A stretch of 64,000 nt of DNA from Spirochaetia bacterium (lineage in GTDB: Bacteria > Spirochaetota > Spirochaetia > CADAEX01): positions 1,216,001-1,280,000 of the forward strand of contig OY759746.1 of NCBI GenBank assembly GCA_963662795.1, read 5' to 3'. Each line of letters begins with the position of its first letter. The stretch's first letter is position 1. This document shows positions 9,717 to 19,641 of this stretch, one piece after another. The notes below the pieces were generated by a model, which was not told where the DNA came from, ran no database searches, and was given only the letters and a program-made list of their open reading frames with translations. The position numbers and the translations under genes were made by a program.

Positions 9717-10481
9717 TCAGGATGAACAGGGACACAGCTTCTGTACTTTATCGATTATCGGGAGCAGTTCCCTTAAATCCCTGATACTGTAATCCGCAAC
9801 CGGACCTTTATCTCCCGGAGGATTTTCAAAATAGTCTATAAATACTGTTACCCCGGCACCTGCATTCTGCGCACCCCCGATATCCTTAATTGGACTGTTC
9901 CCTACATATATAATGTCTGAAAGCTCAACCCCTGCCAGTTTACAGGCATGGTGAAAGATATCGGGATGCGGTTTTCTTTTCCCGTAGACAGAAGAAAGTA
10001 CTACAGGATCAAAGAACTCCGAGAGTCCGTATTTATCAAGGCAGTATCCTACCTGTCCGCGGCTCATCACATTGCTTATTATCCCCATTCTGATCCCTTT
10101 CTCCCTGATTGCGCCAAGAGCTTCTGCGGCTTCAGGCCTGGGATATCTGTTAAAGAAACCGGTATCAATTAAAAAAGCCAGATCCTCGGCAACGGTATTT
10201 ATTAAGTCCTCATTAACTCCGTATCCTTTAAGTATAAAATCACTGAACAGTTTTTCGGGTAAAAGTTCAATATAATCTACAGTTCTCCAGCTTGTGTATC
10301 TTTTAAGCTCTTTAAGGACGGTTTCCCTGAATTCATTTTCACTCAATCCTGTAATTTGCTCTGCGCCGGCATCTTCCAGTATTTTCTTCATTTTGATGCA
10401 GGCATCTGCCACACATTTTTCACTTTCAGGATAAAGGTCGATAGTGCCGCCCATGTCAAAGAAAATCATTTCAAGCTTCAT
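9717..10481 (-). CDS. HAD-superfamily hydrolase/phosphatase
   Basis: FFDMGGTI, GIISN, RKPHPDIF, YVGNSPIKDI motifs; start ATG 10481 overlaps end of RpiR gene. Confidence 0.88.
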   Translation of the reverse strand: MKLEMIFFDMGGTIDLYPESEKCVADACIKMKKILEDAGAEQITGLSENEFRETVLKELKRYTSWRTVDYIELLPEKLFSDFILKGYGVNEDLINTVAEDLAFLIDTGFFNRYPRPEAAEALGAIREKGIRMGIISNVMSRGQVGYCLDKYGLSEFFDPVVLSSVYGKRKPHPDIFHHACKLAGVELSDIIYVGNSPIKDIGGAQNAGAGVTVFIDYFENPPGDKGPVADYSIRDLRELLPIIDKVQKLCPCSS

Positions 10482-11343
10482 TTTTTTCACTCCCGGTTTT
10501 GTAGTAATAATCCTGTCTGTAGGTTTCAAGCAGGTCAAGAGCGTCTATTGCTTTCTTGTCAAGCTTATGCGCTACTCCTATCAGCAGGGCATTTGTAATA
10601 GCCATAGGAACAAGAGGGGAGTGGAACGCTCCGTGGGGCCCCCTTTCGGCGCAAAGAACATGTTCGCAGTCCTTTATGATCAAAGGCGTCATAATATCTG
10701 TTATAAGGACAACAGGAACCCTGTTTCTCTTCATGACATTGATAAATACCTTCAATTCATCAGCAGTCCTGTAAAAGTTATACGCTATTCCAAGGTCGCC
10801 CTCCTCAAGGGTAAGCAGTTCATCAAGCATCCTCATATCCCCTGCCCTGTGATGAAAAACATCAATCTGAAAACGCCTTAACCTGTATGCAAGGTGAAGC
10901 CCAAGCATCTGATTGGGTCCGGTCCCGAGAATATGCACTTTTCTGGCCCTGCAGATAAGATCTACTGTCCCGAGAAATCTTGCCTCGTCAATGGCAGTTA
11001 TGGATTTTTGCAGATAGCGGATCTCTTTTTCAGTAATACTCCGGTAATTTATTTCCGTATTTTCAAAATCCTTAATAAGCTGTTTTACCCTTTCGCTTGG
11101 GGAAAACATTTCCTTGTAATACTTAAAAAGCGCCTCCCGGAAATCGGGAAATCCGTCATAACCAAGAAGTTTTGCAAACCTTACAACAGATGCGTTGCTC
11201 ACCCCGATTTCCTGCGAAATCCTGGCAACAGGGAAATAGATTACTTCAGATATATTTGTGAGTATGAAATCCGCTATTTTTTTCTGCTGCTTTGGAAAAC
11301 TGCTGTATAAATCCAGAATTTTCTGATAACAATTATCTGACAA
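10471..11343 (-). CDS. MurR/RpiR family transcriptional regulator (HTH + SIS)
   Basis: QKKIADFIL...GVSNASVVRFAKLLGYDGFPDFR HTH followed by SIS domain. Confidence 0.92.
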   Translation of the reverse strand: MSDNCYQKILDLYSSFPKQQKKIADFILTNISEVIYFPVARISQEIGVSNASVVRFAKLLGYDGFPDFREALFKYYKEMFSPSERVKQLIKDFENTEINYRSITEKEIRYLQKSITAIDEARFLGTVDLICRARKVHILGTGPNQMLGLHLAYRLRRFQIDVFHHRAGDMRMLDELLTLEEGDLGIAYNFYRTADELKVFINVMKRNRVPVVLITDIMTPLIIKDCEHVLCAERGPHGAFHSPLVPMAITNALLIGVAHKLDKKAIDALDLLETYRQDYYYKTGSEKNEA

Positions 11344-11346
11344 TTT

Positions 11347-12465
11347 CTACCCCTTGAAAGAAGATTTTAATTCACCTGTCAATCTATCAAAAATATTTCC
11401 CCTTTTAAAGGCAAGTGAAACTTTCTGTTCCGGCCTGATTGCAAGATACTCATCTTCAGGGCCTTTCGCGATAATATCAACTCCCCCTTTTTTTGATTTG
11501 ATATGTATCATCATTTCTGATCCCATAGGCTGGATAGTATAGACAAAAAACGCGCCCCCGCCGTCAGCCTGATTAATGATTATATCTTCGGGTCTTGCAT
11601 TGACAGTTATTTCCTTTCCTTCAGCACTTCCCTCAGCACTGCCGCAGAGGACGACGCTGCTGTCAGGATCATCATCAAAAACAAAGGACTTTATCCCGCC
11701 TGCAGTTTTAATTTTTCCCTTTAAAAGGTTTGTTTCAGGATTACCCATGAAATCAGCTACAAAGATATTGACCGGTTCATGATATACTTCATAAGGTGTC
11801 CCAATCTGCTGGATTGTCCCTTCTTTCATTACAACAATTTTATCAGACAGGGCAAGAGCCTCTATCTGGTCGTGGGTAACATAGATACTTGTTGCGCCAA
11901 GAGTCCTGTGAAGCCTTTTGAGTTCAGACCTGAGTTTCATTCTCAGCTTGGCATCAAGATTCGACAGCGGCTCATCAAAAAGCAGTATCCCGGGCTCGTT
12001 TACAACCATTCTGGCGAGGGCAACTCTCTGCTGCTGACCGCCTGATAGTTCGTGGGGATAACGGGAACTGTATTTCTGCAGATCCATGGCATCAAGGACA
12101 TTTATGATCTTTTCCTTTTTTACTTTATCAGAAACTTTCATTTTTCTAAGTCCGAAAGCGATGTTCTGCTCAACTGTCATATGAGGCCAGAGCGCATAAT
12201 TCTGAAAAACAAGGCCAAGACCCCTGTTGCCTGCAGGAAGGTTTATACTCTCTTTTTTTGAAAAAAGGCATTTGTCTCCTACCCAGATTTCCCCATTCTC
12301 CGGAGTCTCAAGTCCCGACAGGCACCTGAGCGTCGTTGTTTTTCCGCACCCGGAAGGGCCCAGAAATGTTACAAACTCACCCTCTTTTATTTCAAGATCA
12401 ATCTCTTTTACAGCAGGGATGCCGTTATATTCCTTTACAAGCTTATTAAAGCGGATAAAGCTCAT
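11347..12465 (-). CDS. ABC transporter ATP-binding protein (FbpC/AfuC/PotA-like)
   Basis: GPSGCGKTT, VFQNYALWPH, LSGGQQQR, DEPLSNLD, TOBE-like C-terminus. Confidence 0.92.
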   Translation of the reverse strand: MSFIRFNKLVKEYNGIPAVKEIDLEIKEGEFVTFLGPSGCGKTTTLRCLSGLETPENGEIWVGDKCLFSKKESINLPAGNRGLGLVFQNYALWPHMTVEQNIAFGLRKMKVSDKVKKEKIINVLDAMDLQKYSSRYPHELSGGQQQRVALARMVVNEPGILLFDEPLSNLDAKLRMKLRSELKRLHRTLGATSIYVTHDQIEALALSDKIVVMKEGTIQQIGTPYEVYHEPVNIFVADFMGNPETNLLKGKIKTAGGIKSFVFDDDPDSSVVLCGSAEGSAEGKEITVNARPEDIIINQADGGGAFFVYTIQPMGSEMMIHIKSKKGGVDIIAKGPEDEYLAIRPEQKVSLAFKRGNIFDRLTGELKSSFKG

Positions 12466-12478
12466 CTTCGTCTCCTTC

Positions 12479-14257
12479 TCAAAGTTCAACTTTCCCGCCA
12501 ATCTTTGAAAGTATCAGATGGCCGGAAATAACTATAAATATTATCAAAATCATGACTCCATAAGAATGCTGAACAAAACCCTGCTGCGAATACCTGAAAA
12601 TAACGGAAGTCATAAGTGTAGTATTCGGTGTTACAAGCAGAATCACAAGATCAAGTGTTCGCATAGTTGTTATAAAATTCAAAAGCATTGCGGAAAGAAC
12701 ACCTCCCTTTGCAAGAGGAAAAATTATTTTTCTGAATCTGGTGCCCCATCCGATTCCATGAACAACCGCCACTTCCTCAAGGGAAGGATCAATCTGATGC
12801 ATTGCAGTTATACCGGCGGAAGAGGAAAATGGAAGGTGCTTGACTATGCAGACTATTACAAGCAGGGCAAAAGTGCCGTAAAGACTCGGTATGGGGCCGA
12901 ATTTTTTTGCGAACATCGTAAGATAGATACCCCCGAATGCCACTCCCGGAATCAGGTACGGGGCAAAAGTCAGGTTCTCTATCAGTTTTGCAAGTATGGT
13001 TTTTCTTCCCTTGACTACAGTATACCCGATCAGGATGCCGACAAAACCGCTTATCAATGCTGCCATCCCTGAAAGTCTTAGTGAATTCCAGATTGCGTCC
13101 TTGATTACCGAATTGTGGAAAATACCCGGCTGGCCCATGGCCATGTCAGGGTCGGAACCTCCGAACCAGTAGTGAAGCGTAAAATTATCAAGAGAATATA
13201 TACCCTCTGTTTTCATTACTGTCTGAATCCCGAGCAGAAGAAGAGGGCCGAAAACAAAAATTACTATAAAGGCTAAAATCATCACAGTCGCAGGAATCCG
13301 CCACTTTCCAAGATCTATCTGTTTTTTCACAGAACCCTTGCCGCTGATTGTCACATACCTTTTTCTTGTACCTATTACCATCTGGTTCAGAATAACAATA
13401 AAAGTCGTCGAAATTATAAGAATGAGGGCAAGGACATACCCTTCGCCGTAAAGCTGATTATTCAGGGCGGAATAAATTCGTGTTGAAAAAGTATAATATC
13501 TGATAGGCAGGCCGAGAAATGCCTGTGTCCCGAATTCCCCAAGCCCTTTGCTGAATGTTAGAATAAACCCTGCGCCTATGGCCGGAAGAACCATGGGCAG
13601 GGTAATTTTCATAAGAATCTCAAGTTTCGAGGCCTGAAGCAGCTCAGCGCTTTCCTCAAGCCTTGAATCGATATTGGCAAGCGCTCCCCTCATCATAATG
13701 AAAAAATAGGGAACGTAATGCACTCCAAGTGAAATTATGATTGGTATGTAACCAAAAATAAGCCATTGAGGAGGATTTATGCCGAACACTGCGTTAAGGA
13801 AACCCGGCGTCCCGCCGTACTGTTCGCTCTTGAATATACTTATCCAGGCCATGGCGACAGTCCATGAAGGAACGATATACGGAATAATAAGAACAACTGA
13901 GAAAAACCCTTTAAACGGGATATCAGACCTTACAACAAGCCAGGCAAAAAAGGATCCGACGATAAGAGCAATCGCTGTCATTCCGACCGCAATTGAAAGA
14001 CTGTTTAGTGCCGGTTTGTAAAGAAGCGGCCCCGACAGTTCCCCTGTAGTTGTCCTTGCCCAGTTAAATAATGTAAAAGCCCCTTCTTCCGCGCCCCTGA
14101 CCATCCTGGGCCCGTTAGCGTCAAAGACCAGTGAATCGTAGACCATGACAAGCACTGGAGTCAGGACAAGAAACAGAAGAAGAACAGCAATTATCCATCC
14201 CCAAAGTACTTCGGGTTTTGTATTTCTCAGTTTCAAAGCGGTTTGCTTAAGCTGCAT
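12479..14257 (-). CDS. ABC transporter permease, duplicated-domain FbpB/AfuB type
   Basis: Two EAA loops (IDSRLEESA, IDPSLEEVA), about 12 TM segments, EFGT motif. Confidence 0.9.
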   Translation of the reverse strand: MQLKQTALKLRNTKPEVLWGWIIAVLLLFLVLTPVLVMVYDSLVFDANGPRMVRGAEEGAFTLFNWARTTTGELSGPLLYKPALNSLSIAVGMTAIALIVGSFFAWLVVRSDIPFKGFFSVVLIIPYIVPSWTVAMAWISIFKSEQYGGTPGFLNAVFGINPPQWLIFGYIPIIISLGVHYVPYFFIMMRGALANIDSRLEESAELLQASKLEILMKITLPMVLPAIGAGFILTFSKGLGEFGTQAFLGLPIRYYTFSTRIYSALNNQLYGEGYVLALILIISTTFIVILNQMVIGTRKRYVTISGKGSVKKQIDLGKWRIPATVMILAFIVIFVFGPLLLLGIQTVMKTEGIYSLDNFTLHYWFGGSDPDMAMGQPGIFHNSVIKDAIWNSLRLSGMAALISGFVGILIGYTVVKGRKTILAKLIENLTFAPYLIPGVAFGGIYLTMFAKKFGPIPSLYGTFALLVIVCIVKHLPFSSSAGITAMHQIDPSLEEVAVVHGIGWGTRFRKIIFPLAKGGVLSAMLLNFITTMRTLDLVILLVTPNTTLMTSVIFRYSQQGFVQHSYGVMILIIFIVISGHLILSKIGGKVEL

Positions 14258-14279
14258 CAGCTTTAATCCTCCAGGTTAA

Positions 14280-15455
14280 TTATTTACGTGAAAGCCAGAA
14301 ATCGCGGACTTTCAGGCCGTCATAGTAAACATAATCAGTATCTATGCCCCATGAAAGCTTTGTAACTTCTGCAAGAGGTGTATCTGTGAGAGGCTTAATA
14401 TCCGACCTTGCGGCCCACTGTCCGGGAACATAAAAAGGTTTCATGCCTTTTCCGCCTTCAGCATCGCCGAGCATATATCTGATCAGAAGTTTTGATGCGT
14501 TGGGATGGGGAGCATTCCTGGCCATAAGCATATAATTTCCTTTATAGATACCGAATTTGGGCTCAACATTCCAAGCGATTCCCAGTTTTTTCCCTTTTGC
14601 GTTGTCCCTGATTTTTGATGATGCAACACAAAGGCCTAACGGTGCGTTTTTCTGGCCGGGAGCTCCCGCAGCGTCTGATACGTTACCGTCCGAATTTGTT
14701 AAAACAATCTCATTTTTAACAATTCTGTCGATCCATTCGTATCCTGCGTTTTCAATTCCTTTTGAAAGAACAAGTTTTGTGCCGAATTCCTTCTCATAAG
14801 CCTTAGCCATGGCATCGGAGTTTTTAACAACCATCTGAAGAAAATTCAGGTTTTCTGCAGCCTGCATCGGATCTTTCATCTGGAATTTGCCCTTCCATTC
14901 AGGTTTTGTAAAATCCCAGAGATTGTTAACAGGCGCTTCAGTGTAACTGTCTGTATTGTAAAATATAACTTTTGCCTCAATAGAATGAAGAAGTACCGGA
15001 TTCCTGTAGGCATCCGGAATGATATCCGATGTCTTTTTACCATCGATGAGTGTTGACGGAACATAGTTTTCCGCAAGACCTTTTTTCAAAAAATCAAACA
15101 TGATCGAGGTTTCATCTGCAAGCATAAGAACATCTGCATTATAAAGGCCTGCAGCCTGTTCTCTTTTAAGCTTTTCCACCTGCTGGTCTGTAGGAAGATC
15201 GGCAGCTTCAACTTCAATACCGGGATAAAGGGTATTGAACTCTTTTACAGCGTCAAAAATTCTGGATGAAAGTGAATAAATTACAACCTTTCCCTCTTTT
15301 TTTGCCGCTTCGTAGATTGCATTCCAGTCCTCTGCCGCTGGTGCTGCAGCAGCTTTTTGTACGGGTTCCGGGGCTGCAGCCTCTTTTCCTCCTCCCGCAA
15401 ATAATGAGAACGGGAGAATGAGCAGAATAGTTATAGCAAGAATTCTTTTAAACAT
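14280..15455 (-). CDS. ABC transporter substrate-binding protein (AfuA/FbpA-like)
   Basis: Signal peptide ending LFAGG, AAKKEGKVVIYS, WDFTKPEWKGK, APHPNASKLLI; ATG 15455 after GGAGGA. Confidence 0.88.
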   Translation of the reverse strand: MFKRILAITILLILPFSLFAGGGKEAAAPEPVQKAAAAPAAEDWNAIYEAAKKEGKVVIYSLSSRIFDAVKEFNTLYPGIEVEAADLPTDQQVEKLKREQAAGLYNADVLMLADETSIMFDFLKKGLAENYVPSTLIDGKKTSDIIPDAYRNPVLLHSIEAKVIFYNTDSYTEAPVNNLWDFTKPEWKGKFQMKDPMQAAENLNFLQMVVKNSDAMAKAYEKEFGTKLVLSKGIENAGYEWIDRIVKNEIVLTNSDGNVSDAAGAPGQKNAPLGLCVASSKIRDNAKGKKLGIAWNVEPKFGIYKGNYMLMARNAPHPNASKLLIRYMLGDAEGGKGMKPFYVPGQWAARSDIKPLTDTPLAEVTKLSWGIDTDYVYYDGLKVRDFWLSRK

Positions 15456-15488
15456 AATTTCCTCCATAATGGTTTTTATGTAAAGCTT

Positions 15489-15517
15489 ATTCTATTCTGC
15501 AAAAATTGATTTGTCAA
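15489..15517 (-). promoter_or_regulatory. Sigma70 promoter of the ABC-RpiR-HAD operon
   Basis: Reverse complement reads TTGACA-17 nt-TAGAAT. Confidence 0.7.
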
Positions 15518-15599
15518 TTTTTATTTCATATATTACTTATTTTTAAACATTTGTTACATTTTTGACAAAAACAGAGGGGTTCTCATATATTTAGAGGTA

Positions 15600-16376
15600 A
15601 TGATATCTGTTAATATCCGTTTTTATGAAGAACTTAATGACTTTCTGCCTACCTGCAGACAAAAGGTAGAATATTCTCTCAAAGCATCTGCAGGGCAGAG
15701 CATCAAGGATCTGATAGAATCTGAAAATATACCGCACACCGAGATTGATATGATACTGGTTAACGGGGAAGCAGTTGATTTTACATACAGGGTCAGGGAT
15801 ATGGACAGGATATCCGTATATCCTGTTTTTGAATCCCTTGATATAACAGAATCCTCTCACCTGAGACCCAGGCCTCTGAGAAATCCTGTTTTTATCCTTG
15901 ATGTCCACCTTGGAAAACTCGCAAGATATATGCGTATCGCAGGTTTTGATTCGCTTTACAGCAACAGCTATGAAGACTTCGAGATCTCGGAAATTGCCTC
16001 CAGGGACGGCAGGATCGTTTTGACCCGGGACAGGGGGCTGCTGAAAAGGTCAATTGTAAAAAGGGGATACTGGATCCGTTCCCAGTCTCCCGCATCCCAG
16101 CTCGAGGAGATAATTGTAAAGTTTGATCCTGGAGGCAGAATCAAACCCTTTACGACCTGCCCCTCCTGCAATGGTATTTTAGTAAAAAAACCCAAAAAGG
16201 AAATTGCTGAAAAGCTGCCTGAAAAAACAGCGCTTTACTATAATGACTTTTCCGTCTGCTCTTCCTGCGGCAAAATCTACTGGAAGGGAAGCCATTTCAG
16301 GAAAATTAATCAGCTCCTTGAGAGAATAAGGCGCTCAACCTCATTCCCTCCGGATGATCCGGTTCCGGAGAAATGA
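15600..16376 (+). CDS. Ubiquitin-like + Mut7-C RNase (PIN-fold) domain protein
   Basis: IRFYEELNDFLP...IPHTEIDMILVNGE; FILDVHLGKLARYMR, VLTRDRGLL, CPSCNG...CSSCGKIYWKGSH. Confidence 0.92.
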   Translation: MISVNIRFYEELNDFLPTCRQKVEYSLKASAGQSIKDLIESENIPHTEIDMILVNGEAVDFTYRVRDMDRISVYPVFESLDITESSHLRPRPLRNPVFILDVHLGKLARYMRIAGFDSLYSNSYEDFEISEIASRDGRIVLTRDRGLLKRSIVKRGYWIRSQSPASQLEEIIVKFDPGGRIKPFTTCPSCNGILVKKPKKEIAEKLPEKTALYYNDFSVCSSCGKIYWKGSHFRKINQLLERIRRSTSFPPDDPVPEK

Positions 16377-16422
16377 GATTTTATTATCCATTACATGATT
16401 TTTGTTTTATAATCATGTACTG

Positions 16423-19400
16423 ATGAGATTTATGATTTTCAAGAAGACGGCGATATTTTCCAGGCTTTTGCTGCTTCCTCTATTCCTGTCCATCCTGCAT
16501 CCAGGGACAGTAAAGGTTTTTGCAGACAACTACAGGTTTTCGCACTTTACCATGAGCAGCGGCCTCTCAAACAATTCAGCCTACTGTCTCAGGCAGGATT
16601 ACAGGGGATTCATGTGGATCGGGACATTGCTCGGCGGCCTCAACAGGTATGACGGAAGTAAATTTGTTGTTTACAAACCGGAACTTAAAGAAGGAAGCAT
16701 TAGCAGCTCTGTAATTTTTACCATTTATGAGGATTCAAGGAACCGCCTCTGGATTGGAACAGACGGGGGAGGTCTTAACCTTTACAACAGGGATAAAGAT
16801 AACTTTACATCATTCCGCCACGATTCAGAAAACCCCTACAGCATAAGCAGTGACCAGGTATACGCTATCCTCGAGGACAGGAAGGGGAATATCTGGGTGG
16901 GAACTGACGGCGGCGGCCTTAATATAATGAGGGAAGACGGCACCTTTATACCGTTTGATCCGTCATCTGACGGCAGCGAACCGCTGAAGAACAATATTAT
17001 AAGGGTTTTATATCAGGATTCACACGACAGGCTACTTGTAGGAACCGAGGGAAGAGGCCTTACAGTTATACGTGATGGAATGGAGGGGGCAGCATTATAT
17101 AAAAATAATCCGGACGATCCCTTTTCCATACAGTCAGACACGATACGGTCAATATTTGAGGACTCAAGAGGGCATATCTGGCTGGGTCTAGAGAACAGGG
17201 GAATCTGTGAATTTTTGCCTGAAAAGAACATATTCCGTCCCCTGCCCCTCCCCGGGGATAATCCGGGCAGGAAACTTTCTGTCAGGGCAATCACGGAAGA
17301 TAATGACGGTAAGCTCTGGATCGGTACAGATAATGACGGTATTTATATTTTTTCACCTGATACCGGGGCCTGGGACATTGTAAAAAACAGTTCCCGCCCG
17401 GACAGCCTCTCAAGTGATACAATCCGGTCTTTTTTCACAGACAGTAACGGGCACATCTGGGCAGGAACGAGAGACGGAGGAGTAGATCTTTATAATCCCC
17501 TCTCATCAAGCTTTAAATATATCGATGCCGGCGGCGGAGAGGCCTCTGCCAGAAAACAAATAAGGGAAATAATAGAAACGCCTGACAGGAAAATATTAAT
17601 TGCTACAGACGGGGGAGGTCTTAAGCAGTTTAATCCTGATACCCGGACCTTAAGAACTTTCAGCAGGAATAAAGGAGAAAAAACCGAACTTACAAGCAAT
17701 CAGTGCTATTCCCTTTGTTCTGACAGGGACGGGCTTATATGGACAGGTACAGACGGAGGCGGAATTAACATTTTCAATCCTGTTACTGAAAAGTGGGAAA
17801 AGTCGTTCAGAAAAGGGGACAGCAGCGGTTTAAACAGCGATACAGTATGGGATATCTTCATTGATAAAAACGGGGGGCTCTGGGCAGGCACTGAAGGCGG
17901 AGGGCTTAATCATTACGACAGGGAAACAGGTACATTCAAATCATTCCAGTTTGACCCTAAAGACAGCACAAGCCTTAACGGCAATTCCGTGCGTGATATT
18001 TTTGAAGACTCGAAAGGACGCCTCTGGATAGGAACATGGGACGGAGGCCTTAACCTGATGAACAGGGATACTGCCTCATTCCGCCGCTTTCAGTTTAATC
18101 CTGCCCTTGAAAATTCACTGAGCGACAATACTGTCAACTGCATTTTTGAGGATTCAGGCGGAAGCATCTGGATAGGAACTGCGGGCGGCGGGCTGAATAA
18201 ATACGGAGGACCTTCCGGGGAAGAGTCTTTCAGTGTTTACAGGAAGGAAGACGGCCTCTCCGGAGACAATGTTCTTGGTATTATTGAGGATAAAAGCGGT
18301 GACCTCTGGATAACAACAGACAACGGCCTGTCCCTTTTAGATAAAGAAAAAAACACATTCCGGACATACAGCAGGGAGGACGGGCTCCAGGATAACGAAT
18401 TTACCCAGAAGTCTTACTGCATAACCTCTGACGGGATTATCTATGCCGGAGGTACCGGCGGAGTTAATTATTTTAAACCGGAAGAGATAAAGGAGCACTA
18501 CTATGATCCTCCGCTGCTTATGACCGGGCTGAAAATACTGAACCGGGAAGTACCGGTTGGCGCGTACGGAGAAAAAAGAAAAGTCCTCGCTAAGTCGATT
18601 ACAGAAACTGACAGTATAATTCTTACCCAGGATGACAGGGTTATCTCATTTACATTCTCCATTATGGATTTCATAGATGCCCGGAGAAGCAGATATTATG
18701 TTTTACTTGAAGGTTTTGACCGGGAATGGAACAGCATCGGCAATACCGGCACCGCAACATTTACATCCCTGCCCCATGGGAATTATACTCTCAGGGTGAA
18801 AGGAGAAAATCATAACGGACAAAGGCTTTCTCATGAGCTTTCCCTTGATATAAAAATACTCCCCTGGTTCTGGCAGACATTTTATTTCAGGTCAGGCATG
18901 GTATTGTTTCTGGCCGTCTCTGTTTACCTTTACATAAAATCAAAAACCCGGCAGCTGCGCAGAAAGAATGAACAGCTGAGCAGGTTCTCAGAGCATATCC
19001 AGCACGCCCGTGAAGAGGAAAGGAAAATTGCCGCACGGGAAGTTCATGACGAGCTTGGACAGATCCTTACCGCTCTTAAAATTGATATTTTCCAGTTCAG
19101 TAAAAAGTCGGATGCACAGTACAGGAATCAGACAGAAGGAATGCTCAGCCTTGTAAACAGGGCGCTTGACTCGATCAAATCACTGTCAACAAGCCTCCGC
19201 CCGAAGGCGCTTGATACCCTTTCTCTTGAAGAGGCTATCCACTGGCAGACTGTTGAGTTCCAGCGCCGGACAAATATAGACTGCACATTCAAAAAGGAAA
19301 ACCTCGAGGAGGAAATCGGCATTGAAGTCTCAACTGCTGTTTTCAGGATTTATCAGGAAATACTTACCAATATACTCCGCCATTCCGTCGCTGATCATGT

Positions 19401-19641
19401 TGATATCAGCATAGAATATGATAATAATAAAATTATCCTTTCGGTTACCGATAACGGAAAGGGGTTTTCGCAGGACAAACTTGAGGACTCAAGCTCTTTC
19501 GGATTGATCGGAATGAGGGAAAGGTGCAGAAATTTCGGCGGCAGGTTAACAATAACAACTGCCCCGGGCAGGGGGACAACAATAAAGGCAGTCATACCGG
19601 CTCCGCTGAAGAACCGGACGGGAAAGGAAGAGGGACTATGA
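16423..19641 (+). CDS. Sensor histidine kinase: signal peptide, Reg_prop beta-propeller repeats, Y_Y_Y, one TM, HisKA_3, HATPase
   Basis: Many ED..G.IW.GT.GGGL repeats, FTSLPHGNYTLRVKG, EEERKIAAREVHDELGQILT, DNGKGF, FGLIGMRER; exact start uncertain (16402/16423/16432). Confidence 0.92.
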   Translation: MRFMIFKKTAIFSRLLLLPLFLSILHPGTVKVFADNYRFSHFTMSSGLSNNSAYCLRQDYRGFMWIGTLLGGLNRYDGSKFVVYKPELKEGSISSSVIFTIYEDSRNRLWIGTDGGGLNLYNRDKDNFTSFRHDSENPYSISSDQVYAILEDRKGNIWVGTDGGGLNIMREDGTFIPFDPSSDGSEPLKNNIIRVLYQDSHDRLLVGTEGRGLTVIRDGMEGAALYKNNPDDPFSIQSDTIRSIFEDSRGHIWLGLENRGICEFLPEKNIFRPLPLPGDNPGRKLSVRAITEDNDGKLWIGTDNDGIYIFSPDTGAWDIVKNSSRPDSLSSDTIRSFFTDSNGHIWAGTRDGGVDLYNPLSSSFKYIDAGGGEASARKQIREIIETPDRKILIATDGGGLKQFNPDTRTLRTFSRNKGEKTELTSNQCYSLCSDRDGLIWTGTDGGGINIFNPVTEKWEKSFRKGDSSGLNSDTVWDIFIDKNGGLWAGTEGGGLNHYDRETGTFKSFQFDPKDSTSLNGNSVRDIFEDSKGRLWIGTWDGGLNLMNRDTASFRRFQFNPALENSLSDNTVNCIFEDSGGSIWIGTAGGGLNKYGGPSGEESFSVYRKEDGLSGDNVLGIIEDKSGDLWITTDNGLSLLDKEKNTFRTYSREDGLQDNEFTQKSYCITSDGIIYAGGTGGVNYFKPEEIKEHYYDPPLLMTGLKILNREVPVGAYGEKRKVLAKSITETDSIILTQDDRVISFTFSIMDFIDARRSRYYVLLEGFDREWNSIGNTGTATFTSLPHGNYTLRVKGENHNGQRLSHELSLDIKILPWFWQTFYFRSGMVLFLAVSVYLYIKSKTRQLRRKNEQLSRFSEHIQHAREEERKIAAREVHDELGQILTALKIDIFQFSKKSDAQYRNQTEGMLSLVNRALDSIKSLSTSLRPKALDTLSLEEAIHWQTVEFQRRTNIDCTFKKENLEEEIGIEVSTAVFRIYQEILTNILRHSVADHVDISIEYDNNKIILSVTDNGKGFSQDKLEDSSSFGLIGMRERCRNFGGRLTITTAPGRGTTIKAVIPAPLKNRTGKEEGL

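Noticed and set aside
16540-18480. Recurring TGG-ATN-GGN-ACN-GAC-GGN-GGN DNA repeats
   Set aside because: Coding repeats of beta-propeller blades, not a CRISPR or non-coding array
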